From contig NC_043019.1 of assembly GCF_006345805.1 (NCBI RefSeq), positions 22,815,360 through 22,879,359 of the forward strand: a DNA stretch of 64,000 nucleotides, read 5' to 3'. The position numbers and the translations under genes were made by a program. The notes under the pieces are model-generated. The model was not told the origin of the DNA, did not search any database, and saw nothing but the letters and a program-made list of their open reading frames with translations. Shown here one piece after another: positions 1 to 12,847 of this stretch; the first letter of the stretch is position 1; every line of letters starts with the position of its first letter. The stretch is from Octopus sinensis (Eukaryota).

Positions 1-620
1 AAATGTTTTGATAGAATAAGCACTAGGCTTAACAAAAAAAAAAGTACCAGAGTTGGTTCATTCAACTATAAATTCTTCAAGACAGTGCTCCAGCATGGCT
101 TCAGTCTAATGATTGAAACAAGTATAAGATAAAAGACATGCAGTGAGATGGATGGGAAAAATCTGGGGTATAGGTACAAAACACTTGTTACCAAACACAA
201 AAACAATTGGACAGCCAGCCATCACTCACAAGGGTGAGAGTGGCTTGGTAACATGTACCATGCTTTCTTATAACAATTGTATTAAGTGCCTGTGTAGTCA
301 TAAGTAAATACAAGCACCTTCTAGACTATCCCACCCTTTGATCCAGTCACACATCCAGAATGTGACAAGGGGGCTGCAGCAGCACCCAGATGGTAGAAAT
401 GAAGTACCTTGCTGAAGGACACAATGCATTGCCCAATCCACTCACATGTATAAAGCACATCATCAACATCATCATTTAACGCTTGTCTTCCAAGTTGACA
501 TGCATCTGACAGTTTGTCAGGGTCTGACGTATTGGGAGGGCTGCATCATGTAGCAAGGTTTCTACAGCTGGATGTGGAATGTGCACACAGTACACACCGT
601 AAAGCAGTTTGTACTACAAG

Positions 621-852
621 GGGCGGCGAGCTGGCAGAAACGTTAGCATGCCGGGTGAAATGCATAGCCGTATTTCGTCTGCCATTACATTCTGAGTTCA
701 AATTCCACCAAGGTCGACTTTGCCTTTCATCCTTTCGGGGTCGATTAAATAAGTACCAGTTATGCACTGGGGTCGATGTAATCGATTTAATCCGTTTGTC
801 TGTCCTTGTTTGTCCCCTCTATGTTTAGCCCCTTGTGGGCAATAAAGAAATA
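621..852 (+). mobile_element. tRNA-derived SINE, family A (Meta/MESC-like core), full length
   Basis: A-box-like GAGCTGGCAGAAACGTTAG and B-box GAGTTCAAATTCC; core GTCGACTTTGCCTTTCATCCTTTCGGGGTCGA...AAGTACCAG resembles the Meta core; tail AATAAAGAAATA; short AAGGGG duplication at the flanks; many near-identical copies in the window. Confidence 0.85.
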
Positions 853-1319
853 AGGGGCAACCAGCCATAGAAACCATCCAAAAGACATTGTAGTATGATG
901 CGATATACAGTCCTCCAACTTGTTACATTTTGTCCAAATGTCCAAACCCCGACCCTGAGAATATGGTGAACAGACATTATATGATGATTTGGGTTTTTCT
1001 TTTTGCTTTTTTTTTTTTTTGGTGGTGTTGGTGATGAGAGGAGAGAAAGGGTACAAGAGAGATTTAATGCTGTTATTCTTCAATGTATTCCATACTTCCC
1101 CTGGTCCCTGATAATAATCTATAACCATCCTGCTCCTGCCTCTTCACCCCAGAAAACAAAAATGGAAGCATCAGTACTTATTTCCAGTCGAGCTGGAATA
1201 TCACTTGGCCTCCTGTCTTAATAAGGTTATAGAGGCATGACCCCGTAACCTTTGTTCTTATTCAAGCATTCCCATAATTAATTCTTCAACCATTCCACAA
1301 CATATCTGTGCAGCCCCCT

Positions 1320-1353
<34 letters not shown>

Positions 1354-2619
1354 CACAGATGTGTGTCTGTGTGTGTGCACTTACAAAAACAGAACCCAGC
1401 ACTTATATAGCCTATCTTTTCAGTTACTGCAATAATAAACTTGGATAATAATATACCAAGCCAAGAACTAACTATCCATATCTTAAATTATACTTTCTGT
1501 TTGTGTTGAGCTTAAAAAATTATTTATCTAGAAGATATGAAGGTAAAAAAACATAACATGTATATGCTTTTTCTTCACACACAAACACACACAGACACAC
1601 ACAACACTCAAGTACACCTAGTGCTCACGAAACTGTTGCTGTGATGTTTTATATGCATGCATATATATATATAGAGGCACACACACACACACATACACTC
1701 ATACGTGTGTGTTTACAAATATAGACACATACACTGACACACAAAATTAACTGTTGAGATTTAATTTCCATGTAGTAACAGCGTTATTTATAAACCATGA
1801 TGAAAATATTCAAGGATATACTGTAAACCATACAATACAAAGAAATACATGTGTATGCATGAGTGTACATGTGTGTGTGTACGTGTGTGTGTGTGTGTCG
1901 TAAATGAAGCAGCGTTTAACAACATTTTAGATGTAGCTTTATTTATGAGTGTGGTGTGTTCAGGTAGGAGTTTTGCGGTGGGGGTTGAGCTGTGCACTGG
2001 GGATAGGTAAGAGTTACGTGTTAAGGGTTGGCGTTATGTTTGGGGTAGGGGATTGCTTGTTGGAGTGGGCAAACTTTTAGGGGGGTAGGGAATAATGTGT
2101 TGGGGTAGGACTGTGAGTTGAAGGGAGAGTTATGTATTCGGGAATTATGTATTGGGGTGGGTTGAGGGTAAACAGATTTTCTTTTAAAACATGTAACCAA
2201 AGATCTGGCTACACTCCACCCCAACTACGCCATTTTCAATTATTTCCTAAATTAGCCATTTATGTTTTGTTTGGAACCATAAATATATCCCGGATTCCTT
2301 TAATGTTCCCTGTGTGGTAAGAAGCTTGTTTCCCAACCACATGGTTCTGGGTTCAGTCCCATTGCTTGGCACCTTGGGCAAACGTCTTCTACTATAGCCT
2401 CAGGCTGACGCGAGCCTTGTGTGTGGATTTGGTAGATGGAAACTGAAAGAAGCTTATTGCATACATATATTTATATATCTACATGTGTGTCTTTGTATCT
2501 ATGTTTGTCCCCTGCCATCACTTGACAACCGGTGTTGTTGTGTTTACAACCTCGTAACTTAGTAGTTCAGCAAAACAGACTGATGGAATAAGGGCCAAAC
2601 AGGTTAAAATAATCCAGAA

Positions 2620-2790
2620 TCCTTGTCCTGTACCAGATTGATCCCAAAATCTAACCAGTTCATGCCAGTGATGAGGCCAAACATCTATAAAAGTTTCATC
2701 TGAATCCATCCCGCGGTTCTTGAAATATCTACGGACAAACATGACTGAAAACAATACCTCTGCCTTCGCTGAGGCAGATGTAATAATAAT
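2620..2790. mobile_element. Non-autonomous DINE/Helentron-like (HINE-like) element fragment
   Basis: AAGTTTCATC..AATCC core-like motif and terminal stem-loop TACCTCTGCCT-TCGCTG-AGGCAGATGTA followed by (AAT)n. The family assignment is by resemblance only. Confidence 0.4.
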
Positions 2791-2977
2791 CCTTTCTACT
2801 ATAGGCATCAGGCTTGAAATTTTAAGCAAGGGGGATAGTTGATTACACTAACCCCGGTACTCAATGGGTACTTGGTTTATTGACCCTGAAAGGATGACAG
2901 GCAAAATCAACCTTGGTAGAATTTGAATTCAGAGTAGAAAGATGGACAAAATGTTGCAGTTCTGCCAGTACGCCACA

Positions 2978-3240
<263 letters not shown>

Positions 3241-3975
3241 GTTTCAAATTTTGTGGCCATTTATTGGGGGTGGGGGTGGACTACAATACGCAACTGGTAC
3301 TTAATCTATCGACCCCAAAAGGATGAAAGGCAAAGACGACCTTGGCAGAATTTGAACTTAGAACGCAGCGGCAGACGAAATACCACTAAGCATTTCACCT
3401 GGCATGCTAACGATTCTGCCAACGCTCTGCCTTATCATCATCATCATCATCATAATAATAATAATAATAATAATGAAACTAGAAGATTATCTGTGTTGGC
3501 AGCGGCATCATCATCATCATCATCAGAAAAAACCTTTAACCTTCAGATCTCATTGCTTCAGGATTTTAATGACATGATTGCTTATTATTAGAATGCTATT
3601 GTAGGGTTTGTGTGAGAGGTCAGATCTGGTCAGCTTGAACATAAAACAGGTAGAATATTTGGGCCTGATATGGCCAGTTTAAATGCTAAAGGGTTAATTA
3701 CATGGTCTAGGAAGAACTTTCTGGAGTCATTACTTTATTTGACCAATCACCTGTGGTTTTTGAATTGTCTGCTCAATCTCCTGTGATGTGTTGGTAGCCA
3801 CTGACATCTGAAGAACCAAAACAAACCCTGATGTCATAACCACTTGACACTGGATGATCCCGTGGAGATTCATCTCTTTCAGATCACACTTTTATCAGTA
3901 GTTGTAAGGTTCATACATTATGGTATTGTTACTAAAACATGAAATTAATGTATGTAGATTACAATTACGCATAAT

Positions 3976-4207
3976 CTTTCTTTACTCTTTTACTTGTTTC
4001 AGACATTTGACTGCGGCCATGCTGGAGCACCACTTTTAGTCGAGCAAGTCGACCCCAGGACTTATTCTTTGTAAGCTTAGTACTTAGTCTATCGGTCTCT
4101 TTTGCCGAACTGCTAAGTTATGGGGACGTAAACACACCAGCATCGGTTGTCAAGCAATGTTGGGGAGACAAACACAGACACAAAAACATACACACACACA
4201 CACACAT

Positions 4208-4260
<53 letters not shown>

Positions 4261-4426
4261 TACAACGGGCTTCTTTCAGTTTCCGTCTACCAAATCCACT
4301 CACAAGGCTTTGGTCGGCGCAAGGCTATAGCAGAAGACACTTGCCCAAGATGTCACGCAGCAGGACTGAACCCGGAACCATGTGGTTGGTAAGCAAGCTA
4401 CTTACCACACAGCCACTCCTGCACCT
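3976..4426 (-). mobile_element. tRNA-derived SINE, family B (CORE-like, internal TA/CA microsatellite)
   Basis: Minus strand: GGAGTGGCTGTGTGGTAAG (A box), GGTTCAGTCC (B box), CTTGGGCAAGTG CORE-like motif, internal (TA)n(TG)n, tail GAAACAAGTAAAAGAGTAAA; more than 10 copies in the window. Confidence 0.85.
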
Positions 4427-4794
4427 GTGTGTAACATTTCTTCCAATAGTGACACATAAGCACACTCTCTCTCTCTCTGTATGTGTGTGCCACTCCTACA
4501 CCTAAAAATCCGGGCATGTATGTTATAGCTAATGAAATATTTTGCATAATATAAGAGAAAGGAGTAAAAATTGTTTGGTGTGTGTCATGGTGTCCTTTTT
4601 ATGTGCTTGCCCCTCCTCACTTTAGAACCGGACCACACTACTGGAGAGAACAGTGGTCAATATGATTCTGATTAAACAAACTATCAGGATGGTGATAGAT
4701 GCAATGTCTTGGACTCTATGTCAGCTCCATCACAGTCAAACTGCATTTCTATTGATGGCTCACATACACACAAAGCATCAGATTTGGGTGTATT

Positions 4795-5212
4795 TAAGGC
4801 GGCGAGCTGGCAGAAACGTTAGCACACCGGGCGAAATGCTTAGCGGTATTTCGTCTGCCGCAATGTTCTGAGTTCAAATTCCACTGAGGTCGACTTTGCC
4901 TTTCAGCCTTTCGGGGTCGATAAATTAAATACCAGTTACGCACTGGGGTCAATATAATCGACTTAATCCTTTGTCTGTCCTTGTTCGTCCCCTCTATGTT
5001 TAGCCCCTTGTGGGTAATAAAGAAATAGGTATTTCGTCTGCCACTATGTTCTGAGTTCAAATTCCGCCGAGGTCGACTATGCCTTTCAGCCTTCCGGGGT
5101 CGATAAAATTAAGTACCAGTTACGCACTGGGGTCAGTATAATCGACTTAATCCCTTTGTCTCTCCTTGTTCGTCCCCTCTATGTTTAGCCCCTTGTGGGC
5201 AATAAAGAAATA
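4795..5212 (+). mobile_element. Family A SINE head-to-tail dimer with 15-bp TSD
   Basis: A full unit followed by a headless unit starting at GGTATTTCGTCTGCC (5028); AGATTTGGGTGTATT is duplicated at 4780-4794 and 5213-5227. Confidence 0.9.
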
Positions 5213-5402
5213 AGATTTGGGTGTATTGATAATTATACTGACCCAGTACTTGATTGGTATTTCCTCTTATCAACAACCTCACCCTTCTCCAGAAGGATGA
5301 GCTTGTTGATAAAATCCCACCACATTGTTGTGAAAAAGGAAAAAAAAAATGATAAATATACATTCACATAATTGAAATCTTGAAGCTACAAGATAATAAT
5401 AG

Positions 5403-5800
5403 CCGCAGGACTGGCTGTGTGGTAAGTAGCTTGCTAACCAACCACATTGTTCCGGGTTCAGTCCCACTGCGTGGCACATTGGGTAAGTGTCTTCTACTAT
5501 TGGGTAAGCCTTGTGAGTGGATTTGGTAGACGGAAACTGAAAGAAGCCTGTGGTATATATGTATATATATATATATATGTATGTTTGTGTGTATGTTTGT
5601 GTGTCTGTGTTTGTCCTCCTAGCATTGCTTGACAACCGATGCTGGTGTGTTTACCTCCCCGTCACATAGTGGTTTGGCAAAAGAGACCGATAGACTGGGC
5701 TTACAAAAATAAGTCCCGGGGTCGATTTGCTCGACTAAAGGTGGTGCCCCAGCATGGCCGCAGTCAAATGACTGAAACAAGTAAAAGAGTAAAGAGAGTA
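5403..5800 (+). mobile_element. Family B SINE
   Basis: Same head, CORE-like motif, microsatellite and AAAAGAGT tail as 3976-4426, in opposite orientation. Confidence 0.85.
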
Positions 5801-6389
5801 TAGAGCATTTTGGACTGAAAATGCAAAATGAGAGACAGGATGGGCCAGGCTGGAACATCATTGATTATTGTGTTGCTCAACTGGTGACAAACTGAGGACT
5901 AAACAACAACAACAGTATGAACAAGACACAAATCACAGCCTGACTATTTCCCCCGGTGGCTCAAATAAAAGGTGATATCGATGGTGAGCTATTTTTAAGA
6001 GGACTCGTTTTAACCTGAATGGAATGAGAAACTCATACAGCAATGTTCCCACGATTATCACCAATGACAACAACAACAACGATGATAATAATAATAATAA
6101 TGATAATAATAATAATAATAATAATAATGTAATGCAGTACAGCAGCAGCAGCAACAATAACAATTGCCACCGTAATGAGGTCGTTTGAACTGAAATTACT
6201 TTGATATGTTGAGGAAGGGACGGGGGTGAAAGCTGGAGGTGCGGAGTCTTGTGATAATCAAAATGTAAAGAATAACTAAGGGACAAAAAACAAAAAAACA
6301 TGAAAAGTTATTGATTCCTAATTTAGAAAGACACAAAATGGCAAATGTTTTGGGAAGGACATAGAATTTTTTGTTACAGTGTTATTTAA

Positions 6390-6609
6390 CCCTTTAGTGT
6401 TTAAACCGGCCATATCAGGCCAAAATTGTCTTCCTGTTATATGCTCAAACCAGCCAGCTCTGACCTCTCACACCTACCCTACAAAGTCATTCTAAAAATA
6501 AACAGGGACATCATCAAAATCTCAGAGTTACAAGATGCTGTACAATTAATTTAAAACAATGTGATTAAACAGGCTTTACATTTGACAGAGTAATCTGAAT
6601 GCTAAAGGG
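6390..6609 (+). mobile_element. piggyBac-type MITE, 220 bp
   Basis: TTAA|CCCTTTAG...CTAAAGGG|TTAA: TTAA target duplication and CCC/GGG termini typical of piggyBac. A second, diverged copy follows at ~6618-6835. Confidence 0.85.
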
Positions 6610-7179
6610 TTAAGGCTTAGCATTTAATACAGCCACATTCAGCCCAAATATTCTGCCTGTTTTATGTTAAAACTGACCAGATCCACTGACCTCTCACACC
6701 TACACTACAATGTCATTCTATAAATATACATTCACATAATTGAAATCTTGAAGCTACAAGATAATGTGTGATTAACTGAAAACAATGTGAATAAATAAGC
6801 AATACATTGGACAGAGTAATCTTAATGCTAAAGGGTTGACCAAGATAAGCACACATGGATGTGTGGAAAGAAGCTTGCTTCCCAAGCACATGGTTCTGAG
6901 TTCAATCGTATTGCATAACACCTTGGGCAAATGTCTTCTACTATAACCTCAGTCCAACCAAAGCCTTGTGAGTGGATTTAGTAGACAGAAACTGAAAAAA
7001 GCCCACAATTTGTGTGTGTGTGTATAACAAGAGGAGGGATATAATATCCAGGCAGATAATGAATTTCTCTATGTAAAATGCCAAGGCAGGTTTCTTCAGC
7101 CAGTGTATTTTATAGTGAACTTCTTTTAACTGGCATCCAAGGTTACAGTTTATTTCTTGACTACTTAGAGTGTAAAGTG

Positions 7180-7421
7180 TGTGCAGATGGCACGTAAAAA
7201 ACACCATTTGCGCATGGCCATTGCCAGTACCACCTGACTGGCCCTCGTGCCAGTGGCATGTAAAAGCACCCACTACACTCTCGGAGTGGTTGGCATTAGG
7301 AAGGGCATCCAGCTGTAGAAACTCTGCCAGATCAGATTGCAGCCATCTGGTTTGCCAGTCCTCAGTCAAAACATCCAACCCATGCCAGCATGGAAAGCGG
7401 GCGTTAAATGATGATGATGAT
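7180..7421 (+). mobile_element. Family C SINE-like retroelement with internal TGGCACGTAAAAAGCACC repeats and (GAT)n tail
   Basis: GGCATTAGGAAGGGCATCCAGCTGTAGAAAC core and CCCATGCCAGCATGGAAA..CGTTAAATGATGATG tail; many related copies. The (GAT)n tail suggests an RTE partner (inference). Confidence 0.75.
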
Positions 7422-7425
7422 TATA

Positions 7426-7854
7426 TACTCTTACTCTTTTTTACTCTTTTACTTGTTTCAGCCATTTGACTGCGGCCATGCTGGAGCACCGCCTTTAATC
7501 GAGCAACTCGACCCCAGGACTTATTCTTTTGTAAGCCCAGTACTTATTCTATTGGTCTCTTTTGCCGAACCGCTAAGTGACGGGGACATAAACACACCAG
7601 CATCGGTCTAGCGATGTTGGGGGGACAAACACAGACACACAAACATACACGTGCACACACACACACATATATATATATATATACATATATACGACAGGCT
7701 TCTTTCAGTTTCCGTCTACCAAATCCACTCACAAGGCTTTGGTCGGCCCGAGGCTATAGTAGAAGACACTTGCCCAAGGTGCCACGCAGTGGGACTGAAC
7801 CCAAAACCATGTGGTTGGTAAACAAGCTACTTACCACACAGCCACTCCTGCGCC
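7426..7854 (-). mobile_element. Family B SINE (young copy)
   Basis: Complete head-to-tail match to other family B copies, with CpGs largely retained. Confidence 0.85.
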
Positions 7855-8323
7855 ATATATATATAAAATATATATGAAGGTGGCTAGACACAATATAAAA
7901 CCAAAAAGAAAAAATTCAATTGTTACTAATAATGACTGAGGGTGCAGAAATGAATAAAAGAATATATATAGGCTTCAACTTAGCTATCACTCATAAGTGA
8001 GTATGACAATAAGATATCATGTGCTATGTCTTGCTAATTGTCATGAACTCTGTTGATTCTCCTACCCTTGTCCTAGTGGAACTTCAATGATTGTGACAGC
8101 TGGTAGGGAGAAAGAGAGAGAAGGCTGGGCTGCACCATGCTTGACTGTTTCAACACATTTACAATTGAATAAATAAAAACTAGAGCAATGTGAAAAAATG
8201 TGCATTGCCCAAGGGCATAACACACTGCCAGGCAGGAATTGAAATCAAATCCTTATGATTGTAAGCCCACCAGCCTAAGCACTTGATCATGCGCTTATGT
8301 TTGTGTTCGTAAGCGTATGTGCA

Positions 8324-8376
<53 letters not shown>

Positions 8377-9129
8377 TCACACACACAGATATATATACAT
8401 ATACATACATATATATATATGTACATACATACACGCACATAAACATACACGATATATGTTTGATTTTCGATTGCAACCATTTATTAAATATCTACCTGGA
8501 AGGCATCAACTTAGACCAGGTACTTGTGAAAGATTATTGATTAGCTATCAATCTGATCATGAACCAACACATGGAATCGGTATCATTACGTTAGAATTTC
8601 TATTGAAAAAAAAAAAAAAACAAAGAGAAAAACAGGAATAACATCAGCTGCTGTTATCATCCTCCATGTACACAGAGCACATTATATATTCATTGCTGAA
8701 ACCGTTTCCATTATGGTGCTCCGTGCATCATGTAACCAGCAAATTATCAGTTGCATTAGCATAAAATGTTTACTTATATTCAGAACGCTGCAGCCTCTAT
8801 TGAGGGAAAAAAAGACTAGATAACATGTTTGGTTTAGAGTTTATTGTTGTTTAGCATCAGGTCAGCATTAATATTTAATCAATACTCTTTGACCTATCTA
8901 CCTTATGCAGCTGTAAGCAACACCAATAATGATAAAAGGTGTTCTAGACAATGCAACCATCTAATCTCTTGGGATTTTTTTTTTTTGTTATTTTGTTTTT
9001 TCAGATGATACGTAGCTAGGCTTGTATCATCTGATGTATTCTTCCTGTTTATGAAATAAGAGTGCAGTGGGCTTATGTGGGAGAGTTTAGAGTTTTGATT
9101 GCTATTTCTAGCAGATTGAGCATCTACAT

Positions 9130-9380
9130 CAGTGGTTCACCTCAGAGGATCCATATAAGATTTTCAGTATTTTATGGGCCCCTGAAAAAAATTTTGCTTT
9201 AGATGTATGTATTGGTTATGTATTGCAAAAACCAGCTGGGTTTCTTTAACATTTTACATAGTCCAACCTACACAAGTTTCTATAAAACTAGTTTTTTAAC
9301 ATCAAATGGCTATAGGGGTCCACCAGAATAAAAATAGTAATCAAAGGGATCCATAGATAAAAGATGGTTGAGAACCCCTG
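9130..9380. mobile_element. hAT-type MITE
   Basis: Termini CAGTGGTTC.../...GAACCCCTG; exact 8-bp TSD ATCTACAT at 9122-9129 and 9381-9388. Relatives at ~42390-42872 and ~58222-58527. Confidence 0.85.
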
Positions 9381-9415
9381 ATCTACATAAAGGCCATTAG
9401 TGTTTTCAGACCTTC

Positions 9416-10083
9416 CAAACAGAACAATCTTAGGTGCTATGCAGAACTGTCAGTCAATTTTGAGAAAAGATGTTCTCACTTTTTTTTTTTTTTTCAATTT
9501 ATTCTGTCATCAATAACCATGAATGATTTTCATAAAAATAACTAAAATATTTTATGCAGTGCAAGCATCCAAGTATCAAATTTACTATCGGCTCCTCTCT
9601 TGTATGCTGTTTTGTTTGAATTGTTGTACATATGTAAATGCAAATGTTCCAGATAATAAAAATGTATGGAAACTTATATAAATGTTTGTATAGTCATTCT
9701 CAACTTCACACACAGCCTAGTGAAGTTGAGAATGACCATAATTTATTGCTCAACTTTGCACTTCAATCTTCCAACAACTTCACACACAGCCTAGTGAAGT
9801 TGAGAATGACCACACAAATATTTATATAAATTTCCATACATTTTTATTACCTGGAACGTTTGCATTTACATATATACATCAATAATTCAAACAGAATGTC
9901 ATACAAGAGAGGAGATGAGAATAAATGCGATAGTTGCAAGTTCTCATTACATGAAATATTTTAGTTATTTATATGAAAATCATTCATGATTATTAATGAC
10001 AGAATAAATTGAAAAAAATTAGAGCATCTTATCACGAAACTGACCAACAGAGTTCTGAGTAGAACCTCAAGCTCTTCTGTTTG
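9416..10083. repeat. Large imperfect fold-back palindrome (~290-bp arms)
   Basis: 9416-9709 is the reverse complement of 9794-10083 (e.g. TTTTCAATTTATTCTGTCAT vs ATGACAGAATAAATTGAAAA; GTCATTCTCAACTTCAC vs GTGAAGTTGAGAATGAC). Confidence 0.92.
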
Positions 10084-11192
10084 AGAGTTCACCACAATGA
10101 CATTTTATAACTTTTAGCAAAGCTTCTAGAATTTTCAGCAAAACTATTCATTAGGAAAATTCACAAAACTTATTTCTAAGTCAACTACTAATTTGGTTAC
10201 CCACCAGCCAATGTGATTGGTCAAACCAAATTCACATAAACATTTTATGGTGATGCAGTTAATTTCATGTAGCTGACCTTTGCTTTCAGAGCAATATAGT
10301 TACACTATGGACCTAAACTAGGGACACTGAATGAGAGGGGCCAAGCCTGGTAGAGGGAAGGGAGAAAAATTATATCTTCAAGCTGGAAAGTTGATACAAA
10401 TACTTGCAACAGAATGAAATCTGCAAAAGAAACCAAAGGCCAAACAGTGATGGCAGTGGTATAAAATGGGGTGACAAACCAAATCCACTAACCCCCTAAC
10501 AAGAGCATAGTTAAGACCATCCAGTAATCTTCTGCAGCAGTTTCTATCTACCTGATTTCACTCACAAGGCTTAAGTCAACTCAAGGTGCTATGAAATGGA
10601 ATTGAAACCAGAAACCAAGATACCAAGCAATTCGAAAAACTAACTCCTGAACTACTTGGCCATGTCAGTTAGAATTTCAGGAAAGAGCTGGGGTGGAGGG
10701 AGAAAGAAAATTAAAAGTGAGATGTGAGAAGTCTGCTAGATTTAGTGTATTTTTACAGTTGGAGTTCTTCTGTATTGGCATCAAGAGAAAGCCAATAATT
10801 TTCAGAAGCAACAGCCAACTGCTGCTGTAACAAGATTAAAAGAAAGAGGTTACAGGAAAGGTATAGTTCCAACAATGGAACCTTATAAGACGGTTGGTTG
10901 GCCAACAAGATGGTTGGCTGGTTAGTCGGCTGGCTGGCTGGCAAGATGAACAATAAGAGGGATGATTGATGGTGAGATGAATAACAAGACAAATGATCGA
11001 AGAGTTGTGGGATGGATGTAATTTTTGATAACAAGCATTCTTCAGTCTAAATTGATGGAAAACAATATGCCGATTTTTTTGTTCCCTTCCCTTTTTCTTT
11101 TTTGTTTGTTTGTTTGTTTGCTGAAGAACTGTATTTTAGTTATGCAGAATCTTCCATCTAACTATATATATAAATGCATCTATATCTATCAA

Positions 11193-11239
<47 letters not shown>

Positions 11240-12080
11240 GTGCACATGTGTGTGTGTTGTGTACATTATGTATGTATAATACATATGTGTGTATAAACAC
11301 ATATGTAGTTATAGAGGTGTGTGTGCCTATATATGTGTGTGCTCATATATTCACACACACACACATATATATATATAGATAGATAGATAGATACATACAT
11401 ATACATGTACATGTTCACATACATAAAACCTGTTACTATGCTAAAATCAAATGAAGTTCACTTCACGAACTGAGCTGCATTCAAGAAATCTAAGCAAAGC
11501 TATCAAGTTGCTATGTATCGTTCAAAGTATTGGTCGGTAGTAGTGAATTTTTGAAAGAGCACGATATTTAGCAGCAAAGAGAGGCGGGAGCAGTACTAGT
11601 GGCAGCAGTGGTGGTAGCAGTGGAAGGAGTTGTAGTTTAACAGAAGGGGAGGTAAAAAAAAAAAACAAAAAAAAAATCAATAGTCTGTTATAAAATTCCC
11701 TGAAAGTTAATACCATATGAGAAGTCAATGTTATTTTCGAGACTAAATAGCCATGTTGCTGCTGCTGCTGCTGCTGGTTCGGTAATAGCAGCAGCAGCAA
11801 TAATAATGATAATAACAACAGCAACAACAATAATAATAACAATAATTTTAGAATACATATGACTTCTAAGAAACACTATTTTCTTCAGATCATTCACAGA
11901 AGATCTGCCTAGAAGCACTTCAATCTTCTAACACTTAGCCGAAAATGCCATTTGACAATGATGATGATGATGGTGGTGGCGATTCTTTTTCTTCTTGCAA
12001 CTTTTGAATTATAGAATCTATAACACCTATATATACATACATATACATATATATATATATATGACGCTAAACGATGATGA

Positions 12081-12137
<57 letters not shown>

Positions 12138-12847
12138 CATATATATATATAGACACATACAAAAATATATTTGAAAGGCTGTGACCTTCATTTCCTTCCC
12201 AAGAACATATTTTTAGCACACATGAAGCATATTTACAAAATGGCATTTACTTTAAGAAAAGCAGCAAAGGTGTCGCGGTCTAGTTAAGAAGTTTCCTTTG
12301 CAGCCACAGAATTTCAGGTTCTGTCTCATTGTGTGGCACTTTAGACAAGTACATTCTACTACAGCCCCAAGGTCAACAAGTGCCATGTAAACAAAACTAG
12401 GTAGACAGAAAATGTTTACAAGTGCACCATATACATATATATAGCAGGAGTGGCTGCTTGGTAAGTAGCTTGCTTACTGACCACATGGTTTCGGGTTCAC
12501 AGCCTTGTGAGTGGATTTGGTGGATGGAAACTGAAAAGAAACCCGTCGTATATATGTTTATGTATATACATGTGTACATGTGTGTGTTTGTGTGTCTGTG
12601 TTTGTCCCCCTCCAACATCGCTTGACAACCAATGCTGGTGTGTTTACGTCCCTGTAACTCAGCAGTTCGGCCAAAGAGACCGATAGAATAAGTACTAGGC
12701 TTACTGACTCTGAAAGGATGGAGGGTAAAGTCAACCTTGGTGAATTTGAACTCAGACGAAGTTCCACTAAGCGTTTTGCCTGGCATGCTTACAATTCTGT
12801 CAGCTAGCCACCTTTTAATAATAATAATAATAATAACAAAATAACTA

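Noticed and set aside
1318-1380. (CA)n...(TG)n apparent hairpins
   Set aside because: Trivial complementarity of microsatellites, common throughout the window.
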